Shown here: in pieces, positions 31,743 through 41,765 of the stretch | How the letters are laid out: every line of letters starts with the position of its first letter | Numbering within the stretch: position 1 is the stretch's first letter | Origin: Thermoplasmata archaeon | Lineage (GTDB): Archaea; Thermoplasmatota; Thermoplasmata; Thermoplasmatales; Thermoplasmataceae | Direction of reading: 5' to 3' | Length of the DNA stretch: 64,000 nt | NCBI GenBank assembly: GCA_021835025.1 | Contig: JAKBQY010000057.1 | Span: forward strand, 61,358 to 125,357 | Made by a program: the position numbers and the translations under genes | Notes under the pieces: model-generated | What the model was told of the DNA's origin: nothing | Database searches by the model: none | The model's input: only the letters and a program-made list of their open reading frames with translations

Positions 31743-31973
31743 GTGGGAAGCATAAGGCCATCAAACATCAAAAGAATTTCAGTGGAATTGATAGAGAAGA
31801 ATAAGGATCTATTCGATATGAATTTCTTGCACAACAAGGAAGTATTGAGACAATTTATTGATAAATCCGTTACAAAAAAAACCGTGAATTCACTTGCGGG
31901 ATATATTACAAGATACAATATTAAAATGAGATCCAAGGAGAAGAACGAGCTGGAACAGCTTGGATTAGCATAA
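31743..31973 (+). CDS. rps17e: 30S ribosomal protein S17e
   Basis: MGSIRP..IKR...F..NK...N.LAGYITR. Confidence 0.93.
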   Translation: MGSIRPSNIKRISVELIEKNKDLFDMNFLHNKEVLRQFIDKSVTKKTVNSLAGYITRYNIKMRSKEKNELEQLGLA

Positions 31974-32333
31974 TTATTCTTTTTCCTCGGGAAAATTTCC
32001 TTTTCTCCATTTATTCATACCACCATTGAGATGGTACAGATTTTTATATCCCATTTTCACAAGTCTATTGGCGGCTGCTCTGCTTCTATGGCCTGTTTTG
32101 CAGATCAGGATAATCTTTTCATCAGTGCCAAAATTTTTTATTATTTCCTTTTCATTGCCAAGTTTATAATTTATAGCTTTTTTTATGTGTCCCCTTTTAA
32201 ATTCAAACGGAGTTCTAACATCTATTAATACATGGTCTTCATTCATCTTCATTAATTCATCAGGCCCTATGGGAACCAATTCCTCTGGATCTTTAAAATA
32301 ATCTGAACCCCTAAATATATTCTTTAAATTCAT
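31974..32333 (-). CDS. Rhodanese-like sulfurtransferase
   Basis: IDVRTPFEF..GHI..A, active-site CKTGHRS, LNGGM..W. Confidence 0.92.
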   Translation of the reverse strand: MNLKNIFRGSDYFKDPEELVPIGPDELMKMNEDHVLIDVRTPFEFKRGHIKKAINYKLGNEKEIIKNFGTDEKIILICKTGHRSRAAANRLVKMGYKNLYHLNGGMNKWRKGNFPEEKE

Positions 32334-32334
32334 T

Positions 32335-33006
32335 TTATACTACCACCTTTTTATCTTCATATATACCAACAAAAATTGGCGATTCGTTTATAATCCACTT
32401 CCTCGCCATTACCTCCCTTAATTTTTCTGTCACGTGTGACCAGTTACTTAAATTTTCCACCTCGTACAATACTACAAATTCCTGATCTCCAAGACCAAAT
32501 GAATATGTCGTATATGATAGTATACCAGAGCTCTCCCTATCATTTCTTGCAGTGCCAATATGTCCGGCCAGTATCTTCCTTCTTTCTTCGTAATTGATCA
32601 AATACCATTCCTTATCCTTGCTCATTGGATAGGCGACAAAATATTTTTTGGGGGGAGTTTTCAGTGTATCCTCCAAATTTTTACCCTCTTTTATATAGGG
32701 GGAATGTTCATACAGAGATAACATGCTGTAAACTGTTTCACCATAAATACCAATTATGGAATTAAATCCTTCCTTGAATTTTTCAAGATCCATCGGTTCA
32801 TAGGCCGAAAGCCAGAACAATATATCATTATCATGCCTTATTGATTTGTAATATTTCAGGCTTATAATATTTTTTTTGTAATCATTGGTAAATTCAAGTA
32901 TTTTTTCATTTAGAATTTCCTTTTCTTTATGTTGTAATGCCCAGAAATGCCCATTCAATTTATATGCCAGAACATATGTGTATATTGTCATGTTTTTAAG
33001 AGGCAT
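32335..33006 (-). CDS. Chlorite dismutase/coproheme decarboxylase-family heme-binding protein
   Basis: YFVAYPM.K..EWY, proximal His in ILAGHIG, SFGLGDQEFVV, LRE, PIFVG. Confidence 0.82.
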   Translation of the reverse strand: MPLKNMTIYTYVLAYKLNGHFWALQHKEKEILNEKILEFTNDYKKNIISLKYYKSIRHDNDILFWLSAYEPMDLEKFKEGFNSIIGIYGETVYSMLSLYEHSPYIKEGKNLEDTLKTPPKKYFVAYPMSKDKEWYLINYEERRKILAGHIGTARNDRESSGILSYTTYSFGLGDQEFVVLYEVENLSNWSHVTEKLREVMARKWIINESPIFVGIYEDKKVVV

Positions 33007-33024
33007 TTAAATAATATAAAGTTT

Positions 33025-33642
33025 TCAATCCAGTGTTTTTTGATTATTATTTATTACACTGTATTTTTTAATATCAAATTCATTATAAACAAGTTCTTTT
33101 AATAACCTTATAACCAGGGAGTTGTTGTCCTTTTCAAGAGGCTCAATAATCTGATTGCTCTGCGGTATTTTAATACCAACTTCTTCTAGCCTTTTGATGT
33201 AATCATTTCTCAGAGGCGGTATAACGGCTATATAATCATTTTTATTCAATGGGTTAACATTGCATTTCTCAATTTCCCTCAAAAATATTGGTCGGTCAAA
33301 AAGCTGATAAAGTATGATTAATGAGTATAACCCCGAATTTTCGTTATCAATCTTTTTTGCCGCATTGCCAATTACGGAATATATATCACGGTCATTATCA
33401 TAAAATGAAAATATTCTTGCTGGCTTAATTTCTCTTTCCTTCAAAATTCCAAGTTCAACCATTGCATCCAGATAGCCCGTCAGAACAAGCCTGTGCATAT
33501 TAATGCCTTTCTGTTCAAGTGATTTCTGTATTCCTGTAATTGATTTTTCCTCACCTTTGATCTCATTTAATATCAACTTATATTTCTTTTTATTTTTTAC
33601 TTCTTTATTTTCAAAATTATTAATCGTATAAATCACCCTCAA
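33025..33642 (-). CDS. Hypothetical protein with N-terminal winged-helix-like region
   Basis: SITGIQKSL...HRLVLTGYLDAMVELGIL looks like a wHTH; overlaps the purB end. Confidence 0.65.
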   Translation of the reverse strand: MRVIYTINNFENKEVKNKKKYKLILNEIKGEEKSITGIQKSLEQKGINMHRLVLTGYLDAMVELGILKEREIKPARIFSFYDNDRDIYSVIGNAAKKIDNENSGLYSLIILYQLFDRPIFLREIEKCNVNPLNKNDYIAVIPPLRNDYIKRLEEVGIKIPQSNQIIEPLEKDNNSLVIRLLKELVYNEFDIKKYSVINNNQKTLD

Positions 33643-35005
33643 TATATTTAATCATGTTCTCGGATTCTTTAATTACTTTCAGGCAAATTTCATTGGACAT
33701 ACCTGTAAATTTTGTTGGATTCATGGCATTGACAAGTATATCATGATTTAACATACTATCAATTCCATTTTCAATTAAGGCATCCATTAACCCTATATTT
33801 TTTTTATATGCAAGCATTGAGGATTTCCTGACGAACTCATGGGCTTCCTGCCTTGGCATTCCATTTTTTGTTAATGTTATAGTAACACTTTCTGACATAA
33901 TAAATTGATCATTCATAACCCTTTTTAACATTTCATCCTTATTTATATAAAGTGAGGAAAATAAATCAATAGCTTTATTCAACACGTCGTCTATAAGTAT
34001 AGACTCATATGGTATTGTAAATCTTTCAAGAGCACTGTTTGTCAAATCTCTTTCATGCCATTGTATTGATGCTTCATATTCAGGTATAATAAAGGATCTT
34101 ATTAACCGGCAAAGGCTGACTATATTTTCCGAATTTATGGGATTTTTTTTACTAGGCATTGAACTTGAACCGACCTGTATCTCTGCGTTGAAATATTCAG
34201 AAACTTCATTTATTTCCGGCCTTTGCAAATTTCTTATTTCCGTTGCAAATTTTTCAAGTGAGGTTGATATATTGTTAATTATGGATAAATATTCAATAAA
34301 CCGATCTCGACCAACAATTTGTGTTGCAGCGAGTTCATAATTTATACCAAGTATTTCACATGTTTTTTCCTGTACATCCATGGCATGCTCCCCAAGCGCA
34401 GCTCCAGTACCTACTGGGCCTGATATCTTTCCGGTGGCTATTCTGTTTTTTGCGGAATTCAATCGATCAATATGTCTTGTTATTTCCGAAAGGTATACAG
34501 AGAATTTAAGGCCAAGAGTGATGGGGCTTGCATGTTGGGCGTGTGTCCTTCCAACCTCAATTGCACCCATATTGTTTTTTATGAGTTTTGACAGTGTTTC
34601 ACTGAATAAAATTAAATCCTTGATTATTATACGTAAAGCCTCACCTATCTGGACTGCTGTGGCAGAATCATTGATATCATTTGATGTAACACCGAAATGA
34701 ACGTAATTTTTACCCTCCCTACATTTTTCAGTAAGAGCCTCAACCATTGACATCACATCATGTTTTATATCTTTCTCAATTTCCTTTACTCTGGCCAATT
34801 TTACTTCATTTCCATCAACAACTCTCTTAATATCAAGATATGCATTTTCAGGGATGATTTTATAATATGACTCTGCCTGGGCAAGTGCAGATTCAACATT
34901 TAGCATGATTTTTAATCTATTTTCCTCTGAAAATATTGACTTTAATTCTTTTCTGCCATAACGGTAATCAAGTGGTGAAACAATCATAAAAACAATATTA
35001 CTCAT
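33620..35005 (-). CDS. purB: Adenylosuccinate lyase
   Basis: KHDV, HFGVTSND, GRTHAQHA, GSSSMPSKKNP, WHERDLTNS. Confidence 0.96.
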   Translation of the reverse strand: MSNIVFMIVSPLDYRYGRKELKSIFSEENRLKIMLNVESALAQAESYYKIIPENAYLDIKRVVDGNEVKLARVKEIEKDIKHDVMSMVEALTEKCREGKNYVHFGVTSNDINDSATAVQIGEALRIIIKDLILFSETLSKLIKNNMGAIEVGRTHAQHASPITLGLKFSVYLSEITRHIDRLNSAKNRIATGKISGPVGTGAALGEHAMDVQEKTCEILGINYELAATQIVGRDRFIEYLSIINNISTSLEKFATEIRNLQRPEINEVSEYFNAEIQVGSSSMPSKKNPINSENIVSLCRLIRSFIIPEYEASIQWHERDLTNSALERFTIPYESILIDDVLNKAIDLFSSLYINKDEMLKRVMNDQFIMSESVTITLTKNGMPRQEAHEFVRKSSMLAYKKNIGLMDALIENGIDSMLNHDILVNAMNPTKFTGMSNEICLKVIKESENMIKYIEGDLYD

Positions 35006-35022
35006 AGGTTTAAAATTTTTTG

Positions 35023-35520
35023 TTATCTTCTCTTCATTTTTGGAAGAAGGATGCTAACGAAGGCAATTATTATGCCTGAACCAAACAATAGAGCACCCAT
35101 TGCAGCCATATAACCATCATATGCAACACTCTTGAATTCAGAAACAGGGGCAAATTCATAATTTACTGAGGGGGTCTTGTTTGAAAATATGACAAAAACA
35201 TAATTCCCCGAAATATTTGAAAAGTAAAATGTATCATTGCTTGTTTTTGATGGTGTTATGGTATATTTGGTTAAATTGTTTTGAGAGATTTCCGATAGAT
35301 TTGATTCTTTTATTAGACCGGAATCGTTGCTGTTTGCGATAACTATTAACTCATCATTTTTTGTAAAGTTAAATTTTTCTGTAATATATTCATTTCCTGA
35401 ATTAACTTCAGATATGCTATTTTTCTCTGGAAGCTTTGTTATTCCATAATAACCTGATGAAACCAGTATAATTCCTATAATAATCAAAATAAGTCCAATT
35501 ATAATGCCCTTATTTTTCAC
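35023..35520 (-). CDS. Hypothetical membrane protein (N- and C-terminal TM helices)
   Basis: Two hydrophobic termini flanking an Asn/Ser-rich soluble domain. Confidence 0.7.
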   Translation of the reverse strand: MKNKGIIIGLILIIIGIILVSSGYYGITKLPEKNSISEVNSGNEYITEKFNFTKNDELIVIANSNDSGLIKESNLSEISQNNLTKYTITPSKTSNDTFYFSNISGNYVFVIFSNKTPSVNYEFAPVSEFKSVAYDGYMAAMGALLFGSGIIIAFVSILLPKMKRR

Positions 35521-35556
35521 ATTCGGGCTATTTATTGTTTTTATTTAAGTGTTTTT

Positions 35557-35814
35557 TTATTTCAGGGATAAATCAAGATTTCCTGATTTTATTTCATCCA
35601 GAAATCTATTATAACGCTCATCTACCTTCTTTTCATCTAGCCCGCATTCAATCATTTCCATATATATTTCATAATTATCTCTTGATTCATCAATTTTATT
35701 TTCATAAACCTTTATATGCCCACATGATTGATCATTGAAATTCAATCTGTAAACCAGCTCAAGTGTCAAGTTAAGGTCCTCATAATACTGCAATTTTTTA
35801 ATATAATCTCCCAT
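35557..35814 (-). CDS. Hypothetical protein (85 aa)
   Basis: ATG ORF with globular composition; no motif recognised. Confidence 0.6.
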   Translation of the reverse strand: MGDYIKKLQYYEDLNLTLELVYRLNFNDQSCGHIKVYENKIDESRDNYEIYMEMIECGLDEKKVDERYNRFLDEIKSGNLDLSLK

Positions 35815-35909
35815 ATTTCCATATGTCCTTAATTAGTTATAAATTTTTTGTTAAATGCTATGTAATATGATCTGCAACGGATGATAACCTTTCATTTAGA
35901 CAATTTTAT

Positions 35910-36179
35910 CACTGTGAGCGGGGAATCCCACTTCATTTATGGATGGAATGAAAGCGAACCATTTTATATCACAGGAGAACATGATTCTTGTCTTCTAGTA
36001 GACATAATGAAAGAAGGTCGGATCACACATACCTTCATGTATGCCTGTGCCCATAAAGTCGAGTGGCTGAACATGGAGGATGGAATACCCTTGGGCTGAA
36101 GGGAATGCAAGCCTGTGGAGACTCTGCCAGTAGCCCTTGAAGCAGGAAGCCCATGAATTCATTTGTGGGAGGAGGTCAC
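35910..36179 (+). mobile_element. 270-bp non-autonomous IS200/IS605-family element (both ends plus tnpB 3' tail / omega-RNA region)
   Basis: Left end matches the 60509 element at 38/46 nt and right end at 34/41 nt. Has subterminal hairpins, ends in TCAC, is preceded by TTTAT, and keeps ACGD...KQEAHEFICGRRS tail coding. Confidence 0.85.
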
Positions 36180-36257
36180 ATCGGACCATTTCACTACACA
36201 TATGATAACTCTTTGGACACACTGAATTTCAACACGCTATCACAATAGGTTAAATGA

Positions 36258-38510
36258 TCATATATATTTATCAAGACCATGTTCCCATAGATTTCTTAAA
36301 ATTTCCTTATTTTCACTGATTATCGTTTTTCCCATATTCTTTATTATTATATGGTCTCTTGATGTCTTTCCTATTTTTACCTTATGTATATCCTTGAATA
36401 TTTTAAGAAATTGTTCTTCCATGCTTGAATCAACCTCTATCAACATGGCTGTTCCAAGCTCAGAAAATAACTTTGTATTTGTATTACCATCAATATTTGA
36501 AATATCCGCATCAATGCCAAGATTGTTTCCAAATGACATTTCAAGCAACGACATTAAAAGTCCACCCTGTGATATATCGTGCATTGCCATTATGGTACTG
36601 TTCCCCTCATGTATTTTGTTCATTATCTCTTTCAAATGCACATAATCAATCTTTATCAGGGAAGTTGACCTTGATGAAAAGACTTCAGCGTACTCGCTGC
36701 CAGCCAGTGAATTGATGAGTTCTCCAACAAGGTAAACCGGGTCGCCTTCCTTTTTAAATTCGGATGTTTTAACCCTTCGGACATCCGAAATTGTGCCAAT
36801 CATCAAAATATTTGGTGTTGGCTTTATTTCCCTACTATCTGTTTCATTGTAAAAACTTACATTCCCAGAAACCAGTGGAAGATTCATTTTTTTGCAGAAA
36901 TCTGATATCGCGTGCGCGCTTTCAATAAAATTATACATTGTTTCAGGAACCTCCGGATTTCCGAAATTCATTGCATCAACCACGCCATTTGGAATGCTGC
37001 CTGTGCATATTGTATTCTTATATGATTCTATTAAAACCTCAATTGTCCCCTCGTATGGATCAATGTCTACAAGTTTTTCTCTGGATCCTGATGTCAGTGA
37101 AATACCAATGAATGAATCTTCAAGTGCCTTGAAAACCGAGGCATCCGAATGGGTTTCATGGTTTGGGATTCCCGTGAATGGCCTATTTATTGTATTTCCT
37201 CTTACAGTAAAATCATATTGCCTGACAATATTAAATCTTGAACATAAATTGGGCCTTTGAACAAAATCGTGAATGAAATTTATGTAATTTTCAGGTTCCC
37301 TTACAACTGTTTCAGAATTAATCCTTTCCCTTGGTTTGAAATCCCGTTTATACTCAGGTCCTGATGTTAAAAATGCCAGGTCCATGTCCATTATTTTTTT
37401 ATTCTTGTATTTGATTATTAGATTTTTATTACTGATCGTTTTACCAATAACGGAGAATTCAATACCCCATTTTTTGAATATCTCTTCTGCCTTTTTCAGA
37501 TTGTGTTCATTCAGGGCAAGTAGCATTCTTTCCTGCGACTCACTTACCCATATTTCCCATGCATTCATATTTTTATCCTTCAAAAGTACACTATCGAGAT
37601 CAATTTCTGCAGATATCCCTCCAGCGTGGAGTATTTCACTAACTGCACTGGAGAATCCCCCTCCGCCCAGATCCTTCATGCCGTCTATGATCCCAAGTTC
37701 GTTGATTTCAAGTATTGCATGTATTAGTGGTTCCTTGATAATTGGGTTTCCAAGCTGAACAGCATTTTTGTTTTCTTCATTGCTCTTGTCAAGTATTTTG
37801 GAGGCAAAATTTACTCCGTGGATTCCGTCCCTTCCTGTTCTGCCACCACATACAATAAGCAAATCGCCAACTTTATTCACAAAACTACGGACAACTTTAT
37901 CCTTTTTTACAATTCCAATGCAGCCCGCATCTACCAGTGGAATTGTATTGTATGACTCGTCAAAATCAACGGATCCCGCTATTGTTGGTATTCCTACTCT
38001 GTTCCCGTAATCCCTTATCCCCGCAATAACCCGGTTCATTATAAACCGTTCACTTAAAAATCCACTGGTATTTTCAGGATTGCCAAAATAAAGTGAATCT
38101 ACCAATGCAACAGGCTGGGCACCCATGCATAGAACATCCCGGATTATTCCACCAACACCGGTGGCCGCTCCACCGTAGGGTTCAACTGCACTTGGATGAT
38201 TGTGGCTTTCCATCTTCACAACATAGGCATAATCCTCATTTATTGAAACAACTGCTGCATCATCCTCCATGGTTAATATGGTATAATCTGATTTTAAATC
38301 TGAAAAGTATTTTTTTAAATAAATTTTGGAGCTTTTATAGCATGAGTGTTCACTCCATGCCTGAGCTACCGCCTGTATTTCAATATCTTCGGGATTTCTG
38401 CCCAGATGGATAAAATATTCCTTCAATGATTGCATCTCATTTAATGCCAGGCCGAGATTATCGCCCACGGTTTTCAATTGTTGATCATCATATCCAATTA
38501 TATCATACAT
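36258..38510 (-). CDS. purL: Phosphoribosylformylglycinamidine synthase subunit PurL
   Basis: WSEHSCYKSS, KMESHNHPS, GAATGVGG..RD, GRTGRDG.HG, DLGGGG, SESQERM, SGNVSFYNE, HDISQGG. Confidence 0.96.
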   Translation of the reverse strand: MYDIIGYDDQQLKTVGDNLGLALNEMQSLKEYFIHLGRNPEDIEIQAVAQAWSEHSCYKSSKIYLKKYFSDLKSDYTILTMEDDAAVVSINEDYAYVVKMESHNHPSAVEPYGGAATGVGGIIRDVLCMGAQPVALVDSLYFGNPENTSGFLSERFIMNRVIAGIRDYGNRVGIPTIAGSVDFDESYNTIPLVDAGCIGIVKKDKVVRSFVNKVGDLLIVCGGRTGRDGIHGVNFASKILDKSNEENKNAVQLGNPIIKEPLIHAILEINELGIIDGMKDLGGGGFSSAVSEILHAGGISAEIDLDSVLLKDKNMNAWEIWVSESQERMLLALNEHNLKKAEEIFKKWGIEFSVIGKTISNKNLIIKYKNKKIMDMDLAFLTSGPEYKRDFKPRERINSETVVREPENYINFIHDFVQRPNLCSRFNIVRQYDFTVRGNTINRPFTGIPNHETHSDASVFKALEDSFIGISLTSGSREKLVDIDPYEGTIEVLIESYKNTICTGSIPNGVVDAMNFGNPEVPETMYNFIESAHAISDFCKKMNLPLVSGNVSFYNETDSREIKPTPNILMIGTISDVRRVKTSEFKKEGDPVYLVGELINSLAGSEYAEVFSSRSTSLIKIDYVHLKEIMNKIHEGNSTIMAMHDISQGGLLMSLLEMSFGNNLGIDADISNIDGNTNTKLFSELGTAMLIEVDSSMEEQFLKIFKDIHKVKIGKTSRDHIIIKNMGKTIISENKEILRNLWEHGLDKYI

Positions 38511-38753
38511 CTAATCACTTATCTTTTCTATTTTATAATCCTGAATCACAGGATTGGTCAATATTCTTTCGGAAATTGTATTTATCTCCTCAAATGAATC
38601 GTGTTCACCAAGTGAAGTCTCAAATTCATAGACCTTATACGTTTTAACTTTTTTTATTCCGTCATAGCCCAAAAGTGATAAATTTCTCTGTATGCTAAGA
38701 GCCTCTGGATCTTCCACATTTTCCAAATATTTTACCTCAACACGGATTCTCAT
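38511..38753 (-). CDS. purS: Phosphoribosylformylglycinamidine synthase subunit PurS
   Basis: VEDPEA..I...L..LGY, LTNPVIQDY. Confidence 0.93.
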   Translation of the reverse strand: MRIRVEVKYLENVEDPEALSIQRNLSLLGYDGIKKVKTYKVYEFETSLGEHDSFEEINTISERILTNPVIQDYKIEKISD

Positions 38754-38792
38754 AAAAGGTTATGTGTAATATAAAATTAAATTTATCTATAT

Positions 38793-39743
38793 TTATTTGA
38801 TAATATATATTTGTATTTTTCTTGCTATCTGTATCATTGGCCTTATAAGCAATTGTGAACTTCCAATTATAAATAAATATACACCAAGTGTGGCATCATT
38901 ACGCGGCAAAAATAGTATACTTCCAATTACAAATTCAAAACCCACTGCAATATCATTAGCTATTGCCAGCCAGTCATAGAAACGTTGAATCTTTTCCTTT
39001 CTTATAGTTTTATACTCATTTTTTATTAATGCCTGATTGATTTTTTTATCGTTTAAAAAGATGTCCAGATGCATCATTATTGCAGAAATATAGTCATTTG
39101 ATATTAATTTTAAAAGCCCTGAAAGATAGTTGGCATCAATATTCTCAACCGATTTTGAGTAACCGTAATTGCCAGAAATGCCATCCTTTATCAGGATTAC
39201 AATCCGGATAAACCAGCTGTCTTGAAGATATTCCTCAAAATCACCCAAATCGAATTGTACCTCCTTCAGAGTTTTCTGGGAATAATCCGCAAAGGCATTG
39301 GAGTAATAAAAATCATTTGATGTTATTAATGGCACAGCAACCTTGAAATATGGGCTTTCCTGGGATGGGTTGATCATGGTGATATTTACATTTAATGAAT
39401 CAATAATTACGCTGGCTATTTTCCGGTAAAGGTATATTATTCTCATCAATCCGCCTATCTGTTTGTCCTTTGAAAAAAAATTGATTATTTTTTCAAATAA
39501 TTTCTCCTTTTCCTGCCTTCCAATATTATATCCAATATCATTTAAATTTATTACTTCCAGCAGGTTATCGCCAGCATATGTGCTTATTATATCATTTTTT
39601 TTTAACTTTTCAAGTATATCTTCGCCGAAAAGGTAAACAACAGTTTCTTTGATATCCTTCCATTTTAGTTCAAGGCCATATTGGCTTCTTTGGAGAGTAT
39701 ATAAAAAATATAGAGCAGATGGGATACTGTTATCATTTTCCAT
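38793..39743 (-). CDS. Hypothetical protein with C-terminal YrhK-like two-TM domain
   Basis: YDWLAIANDIAVGFEFVIGSILFL...LFIIGSSQLLIRP.I matches the YrhK pattern. Confidence 0.72.
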   Translation of the reverse strand: MENDNSIPSALYFLYTLQRSQYGLELKWKDIKETVVYLFGEDILEKLKKNDIISTYAGDNLLEVINLNDIGYNIGRQEKEKLFEKIINFFSKDKQIGGLMRIIYLYRKIASVIIDSLNVNITMINPSQESPYFKVAVPLITSNDFYYSNAFADYSQKTLKEVQFDLGDFEEYLQDSWFIRIVILIKDGISGNYGYSKSVENIDANYLSGLLKLISNDYISAIMMHLDIFLNDKKINQALIKNEYKTIRKEKIQRFYDWLAIANDIAVGFEFVIGSILFLPRNDATLGVYLFIIGSSQLLIRPMIQIARKIQIYIIK

Positions 39744-40164
39744 TATACATCATTTAAATATATTTAAAATAATTATTGATGATATTTCATAAAACCTCAG
39801 TTTTTTGCTTTTCAATTTGGCAATAAAAGCTTGGAAATATAGTTTTTTTCATATTATATGTTAAATAAAATAAGATTACTGACTCTATTGCCATATTATT
39901 TTGAAATGCTCTGATATAATTTCTCGTTAATTGCCTATCTTTTTAGGTGGTTTTATCACTACATCCATTATTCTTCTTTGAATTGCTGGTGTGATTTTGG
40001 TTAGCCAAACAAGTACAAAAACTTATTTTTAATTCCATATTTTTTCAGAAAATAAGATATTTTTCACAGCCGACATATAATATCTGGATGCAATAATACA
40101 CAAATGAATTATTTATTTATGAATTTTTACCGAAATATATATATATTTCTGTGTTAATATTATT

Positions 40165-41175
40165 ATGAAGAAGTTAATGAGTGTTATAGTGGCTTTAATA
40201 TTCATAATGCTGGTTTTTGTCCCTGCTGTGGACAACCACATGACAGCAAATGCAAATAAGAGCAGTAATGATAAAAATAATGAGGTTTTCCCTCCCATAG
40301 GTTCTGTAAATAACCAAATTCCAGATAATATGAGTAATGTTAAAAATTATGTTGCACATAATAATATAAATTCCATAGTAGGAAACAATAATTTACACTG
40401 GATAAAAATAAATACGAATAATAATATGAATAATACCACCGCAAGCTATGCCATTTATAATAATAAGGAATACATAAAAACAGATATAAGATCTAATATA
40501 CCGGAAGGATACCAGAATAAAGTATCAGTAATAATGGGCAAAGGTTTTGATACCATACTTAGAACAGGAACAAAAACAATTACAGTATTTACAATGTTAA
40601 GCACGCATGGAAATATGAATAATAACCTGAATAATGGTTCAACATTAATAATATCAAACGGAAAGGTGTTTATGGAGAAAATAAATGATCCATTGGCACA
40701 TAAATCATTTAGTTGGGGACAGGCATGGGTAAGTTGTGCATCATACACAGTGTATGGAAGCACAGGACTGGCTATTAATCTTGGAATAATAGGTATGGCA
40801 GCAGGATCGTTAAGGGCAGCGGTAGGCGCTCTAGCAGATGCTACTATTGCAGGAGTTGTGGGCATTCTGTCTGCTGTTGTTGTAGGGTCTTGGTCAGTGT
40901 GGGTAATAGCACATAAGACATCGAACAATGAGTATATACCATATGTAGAAATAGCGTTTTCTGAGGGAAAATGGTGGGACCCATGGGATACAGGAGCATA
41001 CGGGGAACTCGGTGCATATTCCAATCAAGCTTATGATGTTAATGGGAAACTTTCATATACTGGTCCGTATTTATACTTTCCGCTTTTAAATAGCGAGGCT
41101 TTGAATACGGGAGCGTCTGCAATAGCTTCAGCTCCGCATGGCTCTATATGGCCTTCTTTAAGTCCTCCATGGTGA
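40165..41175 (+). CDS. Secreted protein: signal peptide, Asn-rich N-domain, Gly/Ala/Trp-rich hydrophobic C-domain (candidate toxin precursor)
   Basis: MKK plus hydrophobic signal; hydrophobic stretch at residues about 201-248. Function is inferred only. Confidence 0.75.
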   Translation: MKKLMSVIVALIFIMLVFVPAVDNHMTANANKSSNDKNNEVFPPIGSVNNQIPDNMSNVKNYVAHNNINSIVGNNNLHWIKINTNNNMNNTTASYAIYNNKEYIKTDIRSNIPEGYQNKVSVIMGKGFDTILRTGTKTITVFTMLSTHGNMNNNLNNGSTLIISNGKVFMEKINDPLAHKSFSWGQAWVSCASYTVYGSTGLAINLGIIGMAAGSLRAAVGALADATIAGVVGILSAVVVGSWSVWVIAHKTSNNEYIPYVEIAFSEGKWWDPWDTGAYGELGAYSNQAYDVNGKLSYTGPYLYFPLLNSEALNTGASAIASAPHGSIWPSLSPPW

Positions 41176-41179
41176 TATT

Positions 41180-41704
41180 ATGAATTCTAAAGTGTCAGAA
41201 AAAAAGAATGTTCGAAATACGGATTTAATTGCTGTTGCCCTTTTATTAATAATAGGATCTATTGGGACTCTATTTTTTATAAGGGACTTGCATTATCTTA
41301 ATTCAAAACTTAGTATTTTCAATTTATTTACTGGGTGGATACCATGGTATCTGACCGTTTATTTATTTATCAACTTAATTGAATATATGTTTTTTTTCAG
41401 AGCTTTATATTCTAACAATTTAAAAAAAATGGCCAGAATAAGAAAAAATACAGTCCGTTCAAATATTTACATCACCCTATATCCGCTTATTTTTGGAATT
41501 CTTGGATATAGTATAGTAAGCTATTTTTCATTTGTTAATACAGGGTATATTACTCCACCTTCAACCATATTTGACAATGCTGAAAGCTTAATTGTTCTGG
41601 TTATTTGCGTAATTTCAATTCCCGTAATATTTGTTGTTACAGGCAACAGTGTTATGAAGAATGCAATCAATAAATCTAGTCTGGAATATAAAAATAAATA
41701 TTGA
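41180..41704 (+). CDS. Four-TM membrane protein (candidate immunity protein)
   Basis: Four hydrophobic segments; ATG 4 nt after the upstream stop, with GGTGA SD-like site spanning that stop. Confidence 0.72.
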   Translation: MNSKVSEKKNVRNTDLIAVALLLIIGSIGTLFFIRDLHYLNSKLSIFNLFTGWIPWYLTVYLFINLIEYMFFFRALYSNNLKKMARIRKNTVRSNIYITLYPLIFGILGYSIVSYFSFVNTGYITPPSTIFDNAESLIVLVICVISIPVIFVVTGNSVMKNAINKSSLEYKNKY

Positions 41705-41765
41705 CATGCATATTTTTGATCGTGTGAGTTAATTGCTATAGAGATAAAGTGATAACATACTCTGG

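Noticed and set aside
36258-38753. purS-purL without purQ
   Set aside because: Scattered pur genes are normal in archaea; purQ is probably elsewhere.
39860-40060. Possible DDE transposase scar (HLKR*AINEKLYQSI) upstream of the candidate toxin
   Set aside because: A single weak motif among many stops; insufficient evidence.
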